Positions 10,127-19,469 of a DNA stretch of 64,000 nucleotides are shown here, piece after piece (the stretch's first letter is position 1; every line of letters begins with the position of its first letter). The position numbers and the translations under genes were made by a program. The DNA comes from an uncultured delta proteobacterium (GTDB taxonomy: Bacteria > Desulfobacterota > Syntrophia > Syntrophales > Smithellaceae), in NCBI GenBank assembly GCA_963753975.1, contig CAVWEH010000002.1, positions 256,001 to 320,000 on the forward strand, written 5' to 3'. A model generated the notes under the pieces. That model saw only the letters and a program-made list of their open reading frames with translations, did no database searches and had not been told where the DNA came from.

Positions 10127-10813
10127 TTATTTGTTATCGAGGTATTGCAGAAACCACGAGGATGCAAGCTTGGCCACAGACTCCAGAGCACCAGGTTCTT
10201 CAAAAAGGTGCGTCGCACCCGGCACAATGACAATTTTCTTTGTCGACTTCATTTTTTCCATTGCCTGTTCATTAAGGGTGATCACCTCGTAGTCGTCACC
10301 ACCCACGATCAGCAAAGTAGGAACATGAATCAGACCAAGAGCTCTTGAGGCCAAATCGGGCCTGCCGCCGCGGGAAACAATCGCCTGAACACTGTCGGTG
10401 TGCGTTGTCGCAGCAATCAGGGCCGCCGCCGCGCCGGTGCTCGCGCCAAAATAGCCGACAGGCATTTTAGCGATTTCTTTCTGTGATTTCAGCCACTCGG
10501 TTGCTCCGGAAAGGCGATCCGCCAGAAGCTCGATATCGAAACGGAGCCGCATATTGTAGTTGTCAATTTTTTCTTCATCAGGGGTCAGCAAATCGAAAAG
10601 CAGTGTTGCCAGACCCTCTCCCTGCAGATGTTTGGCAACAAACCGGTTACGAGAACTCAGCCTGCTGCTGCCGCTGCCGTGTGCGAAAAGAATTATGCTT
10701 TTTGCTTCCGGCGGTATCGCCAGGTCTCCTTCCAGTCTTACCCGCCCAAAGTTTATTTGAACAGATCTTTCCTGTATTTTATTTTGTTTTGGGCTACGCA
10801 AAGGGTTATTCAT
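10127..10813 (-). CDS. Dienelactone-hydrolase-like alpha/beta hydrolase
   Basis: FAHGSGSSR, nucleophile motif GYFGASTG, SRGGRPDLA and GATHLFEEPG. Confidence 0.9.
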   Translation of the reverse strand: MNNPLRSPKQNKIQERSVQINFGRVRLEGDLAIPPEAKSIILFAHGSGSSRLSSRNRFVAKHLQGEGLATLLFDLLTPDEEKIDNYNMRLRFDIELLADRLSGATEWLKSQKEIAKMPVGYFGASTGAAAALIAATTHTDSVQAIVSRGGRPDLASRALGLIHVPTLLIVGGDDYEVITLNEQAMEKMKSTKKIVIVPGATHLFEEPGALESVAKLASSWFLQYLDNK

Positions 10814-11479
10814 TGTATACCTTCCGCGCTTACATTGACTTTGTATGATTTTTTGAGCAGATGTTTTACTTCCTCATCCGAAGTCTGAGAGAAGTCATCG
10901 TACCACATACCTACTGCATTGAACGGCGAAGGGGTAATGCCGCAAATGATCTCATCGACCTTTGCCCGGAATTCATTGCATAGTGTCGGGAGAAGCAGTG
11001 GGAACGGCAATGATAATCTTCTGCGGACCTTGTTTTCTCAGAGCTACTACTGCCGCGCGCATGGTAGCACCCGTCGCCAGACCGTCATCGACAAGTATTA
11101 CAGTGTAATCTTTTAGATCCAGCTGCGGCCGATTGCTCCGGTACGCGCTTTCCCGGCGTTTCAACTCCTGTTCTTCCCTTTGGGCAATCGATTGAATTTC
11201 ATCTCTGGTGATATTGATGCTGCGTAATACGTCTTGATTCAGCACCCGCACGCCGCCCGAAGCAATCGCCCCCATAGCCAGTTCCTCATAGCCGGGCACG
11301 CCCAATTTCCTGACCAGAAAGATATCGAGAGGTAAACCCAACTCCTGCGCTATTTCATGGGCAACAACAACGCCCCCGCGGGGCAACCCGAGAACGATGG
11401 TTTTCGGTTTGCGGGCATATTTTTGTAATTTCTCCGCCAGGTATTTGCCGGCATGAGTTCTGTTCCGGAAACGATTCAT
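10810..11479 (-). CDS. Phosphoribosyltransferase family protein, frameshifted near 10981
   Basis: [19 protein letters not shown] loop [11 protein letters not shown]. The C-terminus [10 protein letters not shown]...[19 protein letters not shown] continues in another frame after one extra base. Confidence 0.88.
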
Positions 11480-11508
11480 TATTTATCACCCTACCTTTCC
11501 AATTTCGG

Positions 11509-12021
11509 CTATTTGGAGAGCCTCGCCGGACATGCCTTGATAAACGGGACGAGATCGGCGGGGCTCCTGCTGGAAATGATGTTGCCATCTTTTACGACTT
11601 CCTTGTCGATAAATTCGGCGCCGGCATTGATTATGTCTTCTTTGACCGATTTCCAGCCGGTAATTTTTCTTCCTTTTAAAACGCGTGCGGTAATGAGCAA
11701 CTGCGGGGCATGACAAATGGAAAAGATGGGTTTGCCGCTTTTCACAAACTCTCTCGTAAAGCGCACTGCTTCGTCATGGATTCTCAAGCCGTCGGGCGAA
11801 TAGCCCCCGGGGATCAAGAGAGCGTCAAAATCATCGATCTTCAAACCTTCCACTGCTTTATCGATGACAACCGGCGTATTCTTCTTAATTCCTCTGACAG
11901 TATCTCCGGCTTTTATTCCGACGTGAACGATTTCATGTCCCGCATTCTTAAAAGCTTTTACCGGCTCGCCGTATTCCGAATCCTCGAACATATTGGTTAT
12001 GATGACTGCAATTTTCGCCAT
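11509..12021 (-). CDS. PfpI/DJ-1 family protein (type 1 glutamine amidotransferase-like)
   Basis: FEDSE, IPGGYSPDGLR, nucleophile motif SICHAPQ and SSRSPAD. Confidence 0.93.
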   Translation of the reverse strand: MAKIAVIITNMFEDSEYGEPVKAFKNAGHEIVHVGIKAGDTVRGIKKNTPVVIDKAVEGLKIDDFDALLIPGGYSPDGLRIHDEAVRFTREFVKSGKPIFSICHAPQLLITARVLKGRKITGWKSVKEDIINAGAEFIDKEVVKDGNIISSRSPADLVPFIKACPARLSK

Positions 12022-12234
12022 AGTCTGCGCCTCTTCCGATATTAAGATACTTCAAACGTCTGCACGAATTTGTATCACAAATCGACACAGAATTTTTATT
12101 AGGAAAATAATCAACTAATTATAGGAAGGAAACAATAAGAATTAATTGTATGCTAGTTGGTAGTCAAATACTACCAAAGGACTCAAGGCAAGATTGAAGA
12201 AACAAAATGGGCTATAGTTCGTACAATTATGTTT

Positions 12235-13092
12235 TTATACGGCGCAGGGTGAATGGCGGCCGGAAAGTAACTCCATTTTGTATTTGCGTCTGGGCAAGGT
12301 CTTAATATCCAGCCTCTTTTTGATTTCCTTTAGCGGCACAACTTTTATGTTCATGCTGAGCACTTTTTCTAAAAGCTCTCTGAACTGATTTTCAAAGATG
12401 CCCCCTTCTACTTCGGCGTGAACAGGCAGGACATGTGTTCTGCCATCTTTAATCAAATCGGTAATGATTGATACGCCTTTTTGAACGTCAATTTCCTCAA
12501 AGCAAGGCAAGTCAGAAGGTATCTCCAGTATATCGGCTATTTCATGGATGAAGGAAGCTTTAGCCCGCGTACAACTTAGATAATCAAAATTGTATTCTTT
12601 AATTATGGGGAGTACCCGATCATCGATAAGCCAGGAAGGCGCACCGAACGCTGTAGGTTTGTTTCCTGTCAATTTTTCAAAACTGCCAATACCTTTGGCA
12701 AACCACTCCCGAATCCACTTTTCGGCTTTACCGGAAAGTTCATCCTGCCAGCGACGGTGATCCCAGGCATGAAACTGGACTTCGTGGCCGGCAGCAATTA
12801 TATCGCTCACAATTTCCGGAAAGGAAAGCGCGATCATGGGTGCCGATAGTAACGTACCGTATAGAGCTGTTTTCCAGCCGTAAAGAGCAGCCGCATTTGT
12901 CCGCATCATCTTCTTAAAGAAAAGCGGATTCTTGATTAACTGCAGCGCCGCCCGGCCGGAATTATCCGGCCCGACGCTTAAAAAAAATGTTCCTTTTAAT
13001 TGAAATTGTTTTAAGATTTCTAAAAGAGAGGGGACGCCTTTTTTCATGCCCCAATAGGTATCAACATCGATTTTTAATCCGAGCATTGCCAT
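12235..13092 (-). CDS. arnD: Undecaprenyl-phosphate-L-Ara4FN deformylase (polysaccharide deacetylase fold)
   Basis: LKIDVDT, FFLSVGPDNSGRA, HAWDH and VHAEVEG; last gene of the arn cluster. Confidence 0.88.
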   Translation of the reverse strand: MAMLGLKIDVDTYWGMKKGVPSLLEILKQFQLKGTFFLSVGPDNSGRAALQLIKNPLFFKKMMRTNAAALYGWKTALYGTLLSAPMIALSFPEIVSDIIAAGHEVQFHAWDHRRWQDELSGKAEKWIREWFAKGIGSFEKLTGNKPTAFGAPSWLIDDRVLPIIKEYNFDYLSCTRAKASFIHEIADILEIPSDLPCFEEIDVQKGVSIITDLIKDGRTHVLPVHAEVEGGIFENQFRELLEKVLSMNIKVVPLKEIKKRLDIKTLPRRKYKMELLSGRHSPCAV

Positions 13093-13093
13093 T

Positions 13094-14132
13094 TTATTTA
13101 ATGTCGGCGTCTTTGTTTTCTTCCAAAAATGAATTGAGGGTTAGACGCAGTGATTCTTCCAAGCCTGTCTTCGGCTCCCAATTCAAAAGTTTTTTCGCCT
13201 TCTCGATGCTGGGTTTGCGCGTATAGATGTCCTGATAGCCTTTGCCGTAATAGGTATCGGCGGAAATATTGATTATTTCGGAATAGATTTTATCATTTTT
13301 ATGATCAGGATGTTGCTGAAAAAGCTTCTTTAATATATTGGCCAATTCTTTGACCGAACATTCGTTCGCCGGATTACCGATATTAATAATCTCGTTTTTA
13401 CAGACGTCATCTTTATTCTCCAGAATTTTCATGAGCGCCGCTATACCGTCGTCAACGTACGTAAAACAGCGCTTCTGTTTTCCGCCATCAACAAGATTAA
13501 TCGGACGTTTCATGAACAACTCCGCGATAAATTGCGTGACGACGCGTGAACTGCCTTCCTTTGCTGCGTAGAGTGAATCAAGCCGAGGACCGATCCAGTT
13601 AAAAGGACGAAACAGTGTAAACTCCAAATGACCTCTTGTTCCATAGCCGTAAATCACGCGATCCAGAAGCTGTTTACAGCAGGAATAAATCCAGCGCTCT
13701 TTATTGATGGGACCTACTATCAGAAAGCTTTCATCTTCTTTGAATTCCGGATCGGTACAGGCGCCGTATACTTCCGAGGTCGAGGGGAAAACAACCCGTT
13801 TATGATATTTGACGCATTTCTTGATAATATCTACATTCATCTCAAAATCAAGATTGTAAACGGCGATGGGATCTTCGACGTAAAGCTTCGGCGTGGCAAT
13901 GGCTACCAGGGGCATCACGACATCACATTTTTTGATTTGCAGTTCAATCCATTCCCGGTTAATGGCAATATCACCTTCCATAAAATTAAAACGTGGATTA
14001 TTCAAGATTCTTACCGAGGCGGTCCGTGCCTAAATCCATGCCGTAAACTATCCAATCTTTTTTTTCGGTGAGAATTTTATTAATCAGATGATGTCCGATA
14101 AATCCATTGACGCCCAGTATCAATATCTTCAT
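13094..14132 (-). CDS. arnA: Stand-alone ArnA C-terminal domain (UDP-glucuronate oxidase/decarboxylase), frameshifted near 14008
   Basis: Manual start at ATG 14132 gives [16 protein letters not shown]. After one extra A the frame continues into [42 protein letters not shown] and GYQD. Confidence 0.9.
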
Positions 14133-15049
14133 TTTAGCTTTGTCACCTTCCCTTTTTGGAAATATTCGGAAATTTGTGAACCTCTCCTGCGCTTTCCCTG
14201 AATTTCTATATCCATAAGCCTTATAGCATCTTTACCGGTATACACACGAATCTTTTCTGTCTTGATTTCTACTTCTCCGGGAACTTTGACTATGTTTGAT
14301 TTTACCGGCTCCGCCCACCAGATAATTAATTTCTCGCCATTTTTCAAAAAAGCAAAAGCCCCCGGGTATGGTTCGGTAACGCCGCGAATCAAATTGTAAA
14401 TATCCTGCGCGGATTTATGCCAATCGATGCGGCCATCCTCGGGACGCCTTCCGCCATAATAACTCCCCACAGCTAAATTTTGTTTGCGGCGTGGAATACG
14501 GCCTGTTTTAATCACGGGCAATACCTCATCGAGCAGTAGTTTGGCCGCTGTACAGAGTTTATCATACAGAGTTCTTGCCGTATCTCTAAATTCAATTTCG
14601 ACTTCTTTTTGGCCGACGATATCTCCGGCATCAGGTTTATCAATCATATAATGAAGCGTAACGCCAGTGCGCTTTTCTCCGTTGATCAAAACCCAGTTTA
14701 CCGGACAGCGTCCCCGATAGGCAGGCAGCAGCGAGCCGTGCAAATTAAACGCGCCGAGTTTTGGGATTTCCAGAATCTCGCGGCAGATCATTTTTCGATA
14801 ATAAAAGGAAAATATAATATCGGGCTTGAGCTCGCCGACTTTTTTAATCCATTGCGGTTCATTTACGTCTTCGGCAGTGTACACGGTAACATTCTTCTTT
14901 ACAGCCCAATCTTTAACCGAACCGAACCAGCAATTCTCATCAGGGTCATCTTCATGGCTAAACACGGCGGCAATATCAAAGCTGTGTTGAAAAAGAGCTT
15001 CCAAACCGGCAATGCCCATATTGTGATACGCAAAAACAACCGCTTTCAA
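14129..15049 (-). CDS. arnA: Stand-alone ArnA N-terminal domain (UDP-L-Ara4N formyltransferase)
   Basis: KAVVFAYHNMG, FSFYYR, NLHGSLLPAYRGRCPVNW and PDAGDI. Probable TTG start at 15049. Confidence 0.9.
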   Translation of the reverse strand: MKAVVFAYHNMGIAGLEALFQHSFDIAAVFSHEDDPDENCWFGSVKDWAVKKNVTVYTAEDVNEPQWIKKVGELKPDIIFSFYYRKMICREILEIPKLGAFNLHGSLLPAYRGRCPVNWVLINGEKRTGVTLHYMIDKPDAGDIVGQKEVEIEFRDTARTLYDKLCTAAKLLLDEVLPVIKTGRIPRRKQNLAVGSYYGGRRPEDGRIDWHKSAQDIYNLIRGVTEPYPGAFAFLKNGEKLIIWWAEPVKSNIVKVPGEVEIKTEKIRVYTGKDAIRLMDIEIQGKRRRGSQISEYFQKGKVTKLK

Positions 15050-15050
15050 T

Positions 15051-16001
15051 TTATCGTTTATCCCTTTCTGCGCTGTAAATATTTTCAATCACATATTCCG
15101 GCCGCTTGCGTACCTCTCGGTAAATTCTACCGATGTATTCACCAATAACGCCCAGCGCAAAAAATTGCATGCCGATAAACACAAACAAGACGGCAAATAA
15201 AGTAAATATTCCTTCCGCCGCCCAGCGCGCGCCGTAAACCAATCGCGCTATGATCAGGAAAATACCGAAAAAAATTCCCAGCAGTGACATCAATATACCG
15301 CCATACATAATGAGCTTTATCGGTAAATTGGAAAAAGCCGCCACCAGATCAAATTGCAGATTAATCAATTTTCTTAAAGGGTAATTTGATTTTCCGCCAA
15401 ATCGTTCATCATGAGTCACTTCTATTTCCGTTACGCGTTTGGAGAAAACAGTCGCCAACGCCGGAATGAATGTGGAGTGCTCGTGGCACTCAATCATCCT
15501 TTCGACCACACTGCGCCTGTAAGCCCGCAGCATGCATCCCCAATCCCGGAGACTCACGCCTGTAATCTTTCGCGCCACCATGTTAATAATTTTTGAAGGA
15601 AAAATTCGCCAGAAGGAATCTTTGCGTCCCCTTCTGATCGTGCCGACAACATCGTAATTGCCTTCTTCCATCACTTTCACTAAATTGGGTATTTCTTCAG
15701 GAGGATTTTGCAAATCCGCATCCATGGTAATGATGATTTCGGCCTTAGATACGGAAAAGCCCGCTAAGATGGCCGCATGCTGGCCGTAATTTCGCGTCAA
15801 TTCCACTATCTTCACTGATGGTTTTTGTGCCAATTCTTTGAGAATTTCCAGGGAATTATCTGTGCTTCCGTCATCAATAAATATTATTTCGTAACTTTTT
15901 TCCAAACTCTGCATTACCGATGTAAGCCTCTGCATTAAAGTCGGGAGGTTTTCTTTTTCGTTGTAAACGGGAATAACGACTGCTATTTCAGTATTAGTCA
16001 T
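15051..16001 (-). CDS. arnC: Undecaprenyl-phosphate L-Ara4FN transferase (GT2)
   Basis: VIPVYNE, DDGSTD, RNYGQHAA, DADLQNPPEEIP, DWGCMLRAY, two C-terminal TM helices and GEYIGRIY. Confidence 0.92.
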   Translation of the reverse strand: MTNTEIAVVIPVYNEKENLPTLMQRLTSVMQSLEKSYEIIFIDDGSTDNSLEILKELAQKPSVKIVELTRNYGQHAAILAGFSVSKAEIIITMDADLQNPPEEIPNLVKVMEEGNYDVVGTIRRGRKDSFWRIFPSKIINMVARKITGVSLRDWGCMLRAYRRSVVERMIECHEHSTFIPALATVFSKRVTEIEVTHDERFGGKSNYPLRKLINLQFDLVAAFSNLPIKLIMYGGILMSLLGIFFGIFLIIARLVYGARWAAEGIFTLFAVLFVFIGMQFFALGVIGEYIGRIYREVRKRPEYVIENIYSAERDKR

Positions 16002-17146
16002 TATTTACTATCTCCTTTATCGCTTGGCAAACATATTGAACATCTTCTGGCCTGCATATCCGGAAATAAAGGCAAGGATATAATCTTATCTGCCGCTCTT
16101 TCCGTTTCCGGAAGCATGCCGATACTTGCCGCATATCTTTCCTTTACATAGCTTAAAGTATGAGCCGGAGGAAAATGCAGCCCATAGCCGATATTATATT
16201 CGGACAGTCTGTTCATGAACTCATCCCGGCTTAAGGCCAAAATCTTGATTACAAAAAGATGCCAGGCATGGGTGTGTTCATATGGGGGAGATTGCGGCAA
16301 ATCTACGCCGTTTACGCCCTTTAATCCCTCTAGATAAAGTTGCGCTAATTTAGAACGTTTTGTATTCAATTCTTGCCGGCGCTCGAACTGCGCCAAACCT
16401 AAAGCCGCAAGCATATCCGGCATATTATATTTGTAGCCAGGCTCCGTTATATCATAGGACGGATTGCCTCCCTTTCCATATCTCTTCCAGGCATCGCGTT
16501 CGATGCCGTGAAATCTCAGCAGCCTCAGTTTTTTTTCCAAAGCGGTATCGTTCAGAGTTATCATCCCTCCTTCACCGGTGGTAATGTTTTTTATCGGGTG
16601 AAAAGAAAAAATGGCGGCATGACCGAAACCACCGACATGAACTCCTTTAAAGTATGTGCCGACCGCATGAGCCGCGTCTTCTATCACTACCAGATTATAC
16701 TTTCGAGCGAGCTGATTAATTTTCTCCATATCGGCCGGCGCTCCGGCGAAATGAACAGGAATAATTGCTTTCGTCTTCGGTGTGATTTTTTCTTCTATCA
16801 AATCAGCATTGATATTGAGCGTACCATAATCGATATCGACAAATACTGGTGTCGCTTTGCGCAGGGCTATCATATTTATCGTAGAGGCGAACGTCATTGA
16901 TGGCGTGATTATTTCATCACCGGCACCGATATTCAGCGCTGATAGAACCAAATGCATGCCGGCGGTCGCCGAGTTTAACGCTATCGCCCGTTTAGCGCCG
17001 GTAAGCTTGCAGAAGCCGGCTTCAAATTCCTGGCATTTAGCTCCGGTCGTAATCCAGCCGGATTTCAGGCAGGATACAACATTATTAATTTCGGCATTGC
17101 CAATTGAAGGCCGGCTAAACGGCAAGAAATCTTTTCTGATCTTCAT
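16001..17146 (-). CDS. arnB: UDP-4-amino-4-deoxy-L-arabinose aminotransferase (DegT/DnrJ family); last ~15 codons frameshifted
   Basis: FLPFSRP, SGWITTG, EDAAHAVG, PLP-lysine motif FSFHPIKNITTGEGG and SLPLFP. Confidence 0.93.
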   Translation of the reverse strand: MKIRKDFLPFSRPSIGNAEINNVVSCLKSGWITTGAKCQEFEAGFCKLTGAKRAIALNSATAGMHLVLSALNIGAGDEIITPSMTFASTINMIALRKATPVFVDIDYGTLNINADLIEEKITPKTKAIIPVHFAGAPADMEKINQLARKYNLVVIEDAAHAVGTYFKGVHVGGFGHAAIFSFHPIKNITTGEGGMITLNDTALEKKLRLLRFHGIERDAWKRYGKGGNPSYDITEPGYKYNMPDMLAALGLAQFERRQELNTKRSKLAQLYLEGLKGVNGVDLPQSPPYEHTHAWHLFVIKILALSRDEFMNRLSEYNIGYGLHFPPAHTLSYVKERYAASIGMLPETERAADKIISLPLFPDMQARRCSICLPSDKGDSK

Positions 17147-17169
17147 TTACAGCCCTTTGCAAACTCCCG

Positions 17170-18835
17170 CTATTTTATGTGCAGAAGGTAAAAAGCACCA
17201 TTATCCCAGAGGATATCAACCTTCGGCATTTTTTCCTTAATTTCTTCTACCTTCTTTTTATGCTGGGTAATACAATAAACATCTTTTCTTTGTGCGCACA
17301 ATCGAAAAAACTCATTTCTGGATAAAAAATAACGCTCTTTCTCCGCTCGCGAAAGCTTGGTTATTCCTTCCGCTAGCTCGCCAAAGTCTTCCACTATCGG
17401 TGTTCTGATTTTATTATAAAAGTCAATACCGTAAAAATTTTCGCGATATTGATACAAATCATAACCCGCCGGCACGAATTTGATGATAGCTTCCTTGGCA
17501 ACACGGGCACTGCGATAAGGCGCTAAGAAAATCATTTACCGGTAAAAGAACGCCGGCTAGAAATACGGCACACAGCAAGTAAATAGTTAAAAACCAGCCA
17601 CGTCTCATTTTTCTGGCAATCAGGTCCGGCAGAAAAATCATCAAAAAAGCTGTGAGCATTGGCAATATAATATATAACCACCAGTTGCCCGAAGTCATGA
17701 TGACCAGTCCTTTTTCCGGATCGGAGTACTTATTCAATAGCGGCGGCAGAAAAAGAGCAATAATTATTATCAGAGACTGAAATATAACGGCAATCCGGTA
17801 GAATACTTTCTTGCCGCCGCTCGCTTCCGGTAGATCCTGTTCGTAATTACGAAAAACACTGCCCGAAAAAAGAGCAAGCGGTAAAAATACGGGGGCAATA
17901 TATGTGATAAGTTTGGAAGAAGAAAATGTATAAAACAAAAAAATAAATAAAATCCAAACTGCTAATAATTTATTTTCTTCTTTGCTGAACAGCCACTCCT
18001 TAATTGATTTCCCCCTCCAGGCATTGATCAGATAAACCGACCACGGAATAGTTCCGGCGATAATGATCGGCAAAAAATAATAAAAAGGCTCGGTCTTACC
18101 GTGCATCTTCGTAGTAAAACGTAGGAAGTGTTCACGCACAAAAAAGAACCAGAGAAAATCGGAGTTTTCTTTTTGCGCCAAAATCAGCCAGGGACAGACG
18201 ACAATCAGAAATATCAATATTCCAATTGGCGAAAATAGCTGCCAGATTTGACGCTAGCGGCCAGCCCAGATCAGCCATAAAACCAAAATAGCAAAAGGAA
18301 ATACAACACCGACGAGACCCTTCGTTAAAAAAGCAAGGGCGCAGAAAAAATAAAATAAGTAACAGAGATATTTTCTCTTTTCTTCGGTTAAAGACAAATA
18401 ACCCAGCCAAATGGAAAGACACAGAAAAAAAGTCAGCGGCATATCCAGTATGTTGATCCGGCCTAAGGCAAAGGGAAACGCGGATATAGATAAAATTGCC
18501 GCGGCATAGAGCCCTGTCTTTTCATCCCGGAAATGTTTCCCGATAAAATAAGCGAGCAATATGCAACCCCACGCGCAAAGAGCAGCAAACAGTCTTGCGG
18601 AAAAATCGTTTTCACCGAATACTTTAAAAGACATTGCTGTTGCCCAGTAAACCAACGGCGGCTTTTCCAGGTAAGGAACATGCTTAATCTGCGGTGTAAT
18701 ATAATTGCCGGATTGATTCATGGCGCTGGGAATCAAACTATAGCGGGCTTCATCCGGTTCCATCTGCGGCATGATACCGAGCAAAGCTATATAAAGGATT
18801 AAGGGTATTAAAAACAGGACATATCTTTTTTGCAT
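17170..18835 (-). pseudogene. arnT: Lipid A L-Ara4N transferase ArnT (GT-C fold), interrupted by an in-frame TAG (18254-18256) and a frameshift (~17530)
   Basis: PDEARY, YLEKPPL, LDMPL, FLTKG, EHFLRF and SKLITYI, spread over three consecutive ORF pieces. May be intact in vivo if the lesions are sequencing errors. Confidence 0.8.
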
Positions 18836-18854
18836 GGAGACACTCGACGCCTTT

Positions 18855-19469
18855 TTACTTCTGAATTAATTCGATTTTCTTCCGATCAAAAAAATATTTT
18901 ACGACCATTGTAGATAATATGCCGATACCGGCACCGGCAATTACATCGCTCAAATAGTGTGACGTTAGTATTATTCGTGTCATTCCTATGGATATGGCTA
19001 TAATAAAGGCCGCAATGCCTGCGCGGGGAAATAATATACTGACTGCGAAAGCCAAAGAAAAAGCCGTGACCGCATGACCGGACGGTAAAGAAGTTAATTC
19101 ATAACCCACACCGAAAAAATTAAAACCATAATGACCTTCTTCTAACATATTTGGTCTATATCTGCCGACAAGCCACTTAATGAGTGTACTAATCAGCCCT
19201 GATGCCGATATCGCTAGAAAAAGAAAAAAAATCCTCATTGACCACAGTTTATTTTTAGCCAGAAACCAGAAATATATAAATGCCGGTACCAGTATTAGAT
19301 AATACCATCTCGATTCACCCAGGATAGTGACAATTTCAGCAATATCGACTATTGACCTATTTAAACCCTGGCAGTATATCACCAGCGGAATATCCCAGTA
19401 AAAATAGGAAACGGCAATCAGCACCAAACAAACAAAAAAGAAAATAACGGCGATCCATTTTTTAATCAA
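18855..19469 (-). CDS. PAP2 family membrane phosphatase (LpxE/LpxF or undecaprenyl-PP phosphatase-like)
   Basis: C1 KWLVGRYRP, C2 PSGH and C3 RIILTSHYLSDV. Confidence 0.88.
   Translation of the reverse strand: MIKKWIAVIFFFVCLVLIAVSYFYWDIPLVIYCQGLNRSIVDIAEIVTILGESRWYYLILVPAFIYFWFLAKNKLWSMRIFFLFLAISASGLISTLIKWLVGRYRPNMLEEGHYGFNFFGVGYELTSLPSGHAVTAFSLAFAVSILFPRAGIAAFIIAISIGMTRIILTSHYLSDVIAGAGIGILSTMVVKYFFDRKKIELIQK

Noticed and set aside
12157..12177. Inverted repeat TTGGTAGT/ACTACCAA after arnD
   Set aside because: No U tract on either strand; could be a weak terminator or operator but cannot be assigned.
18254..18256. Pyrrolysine insertion in ArnT
   Set aside because: No pyl genes in the window, a Trp codon is one substitution away, and the same gene has a separate frameshift.
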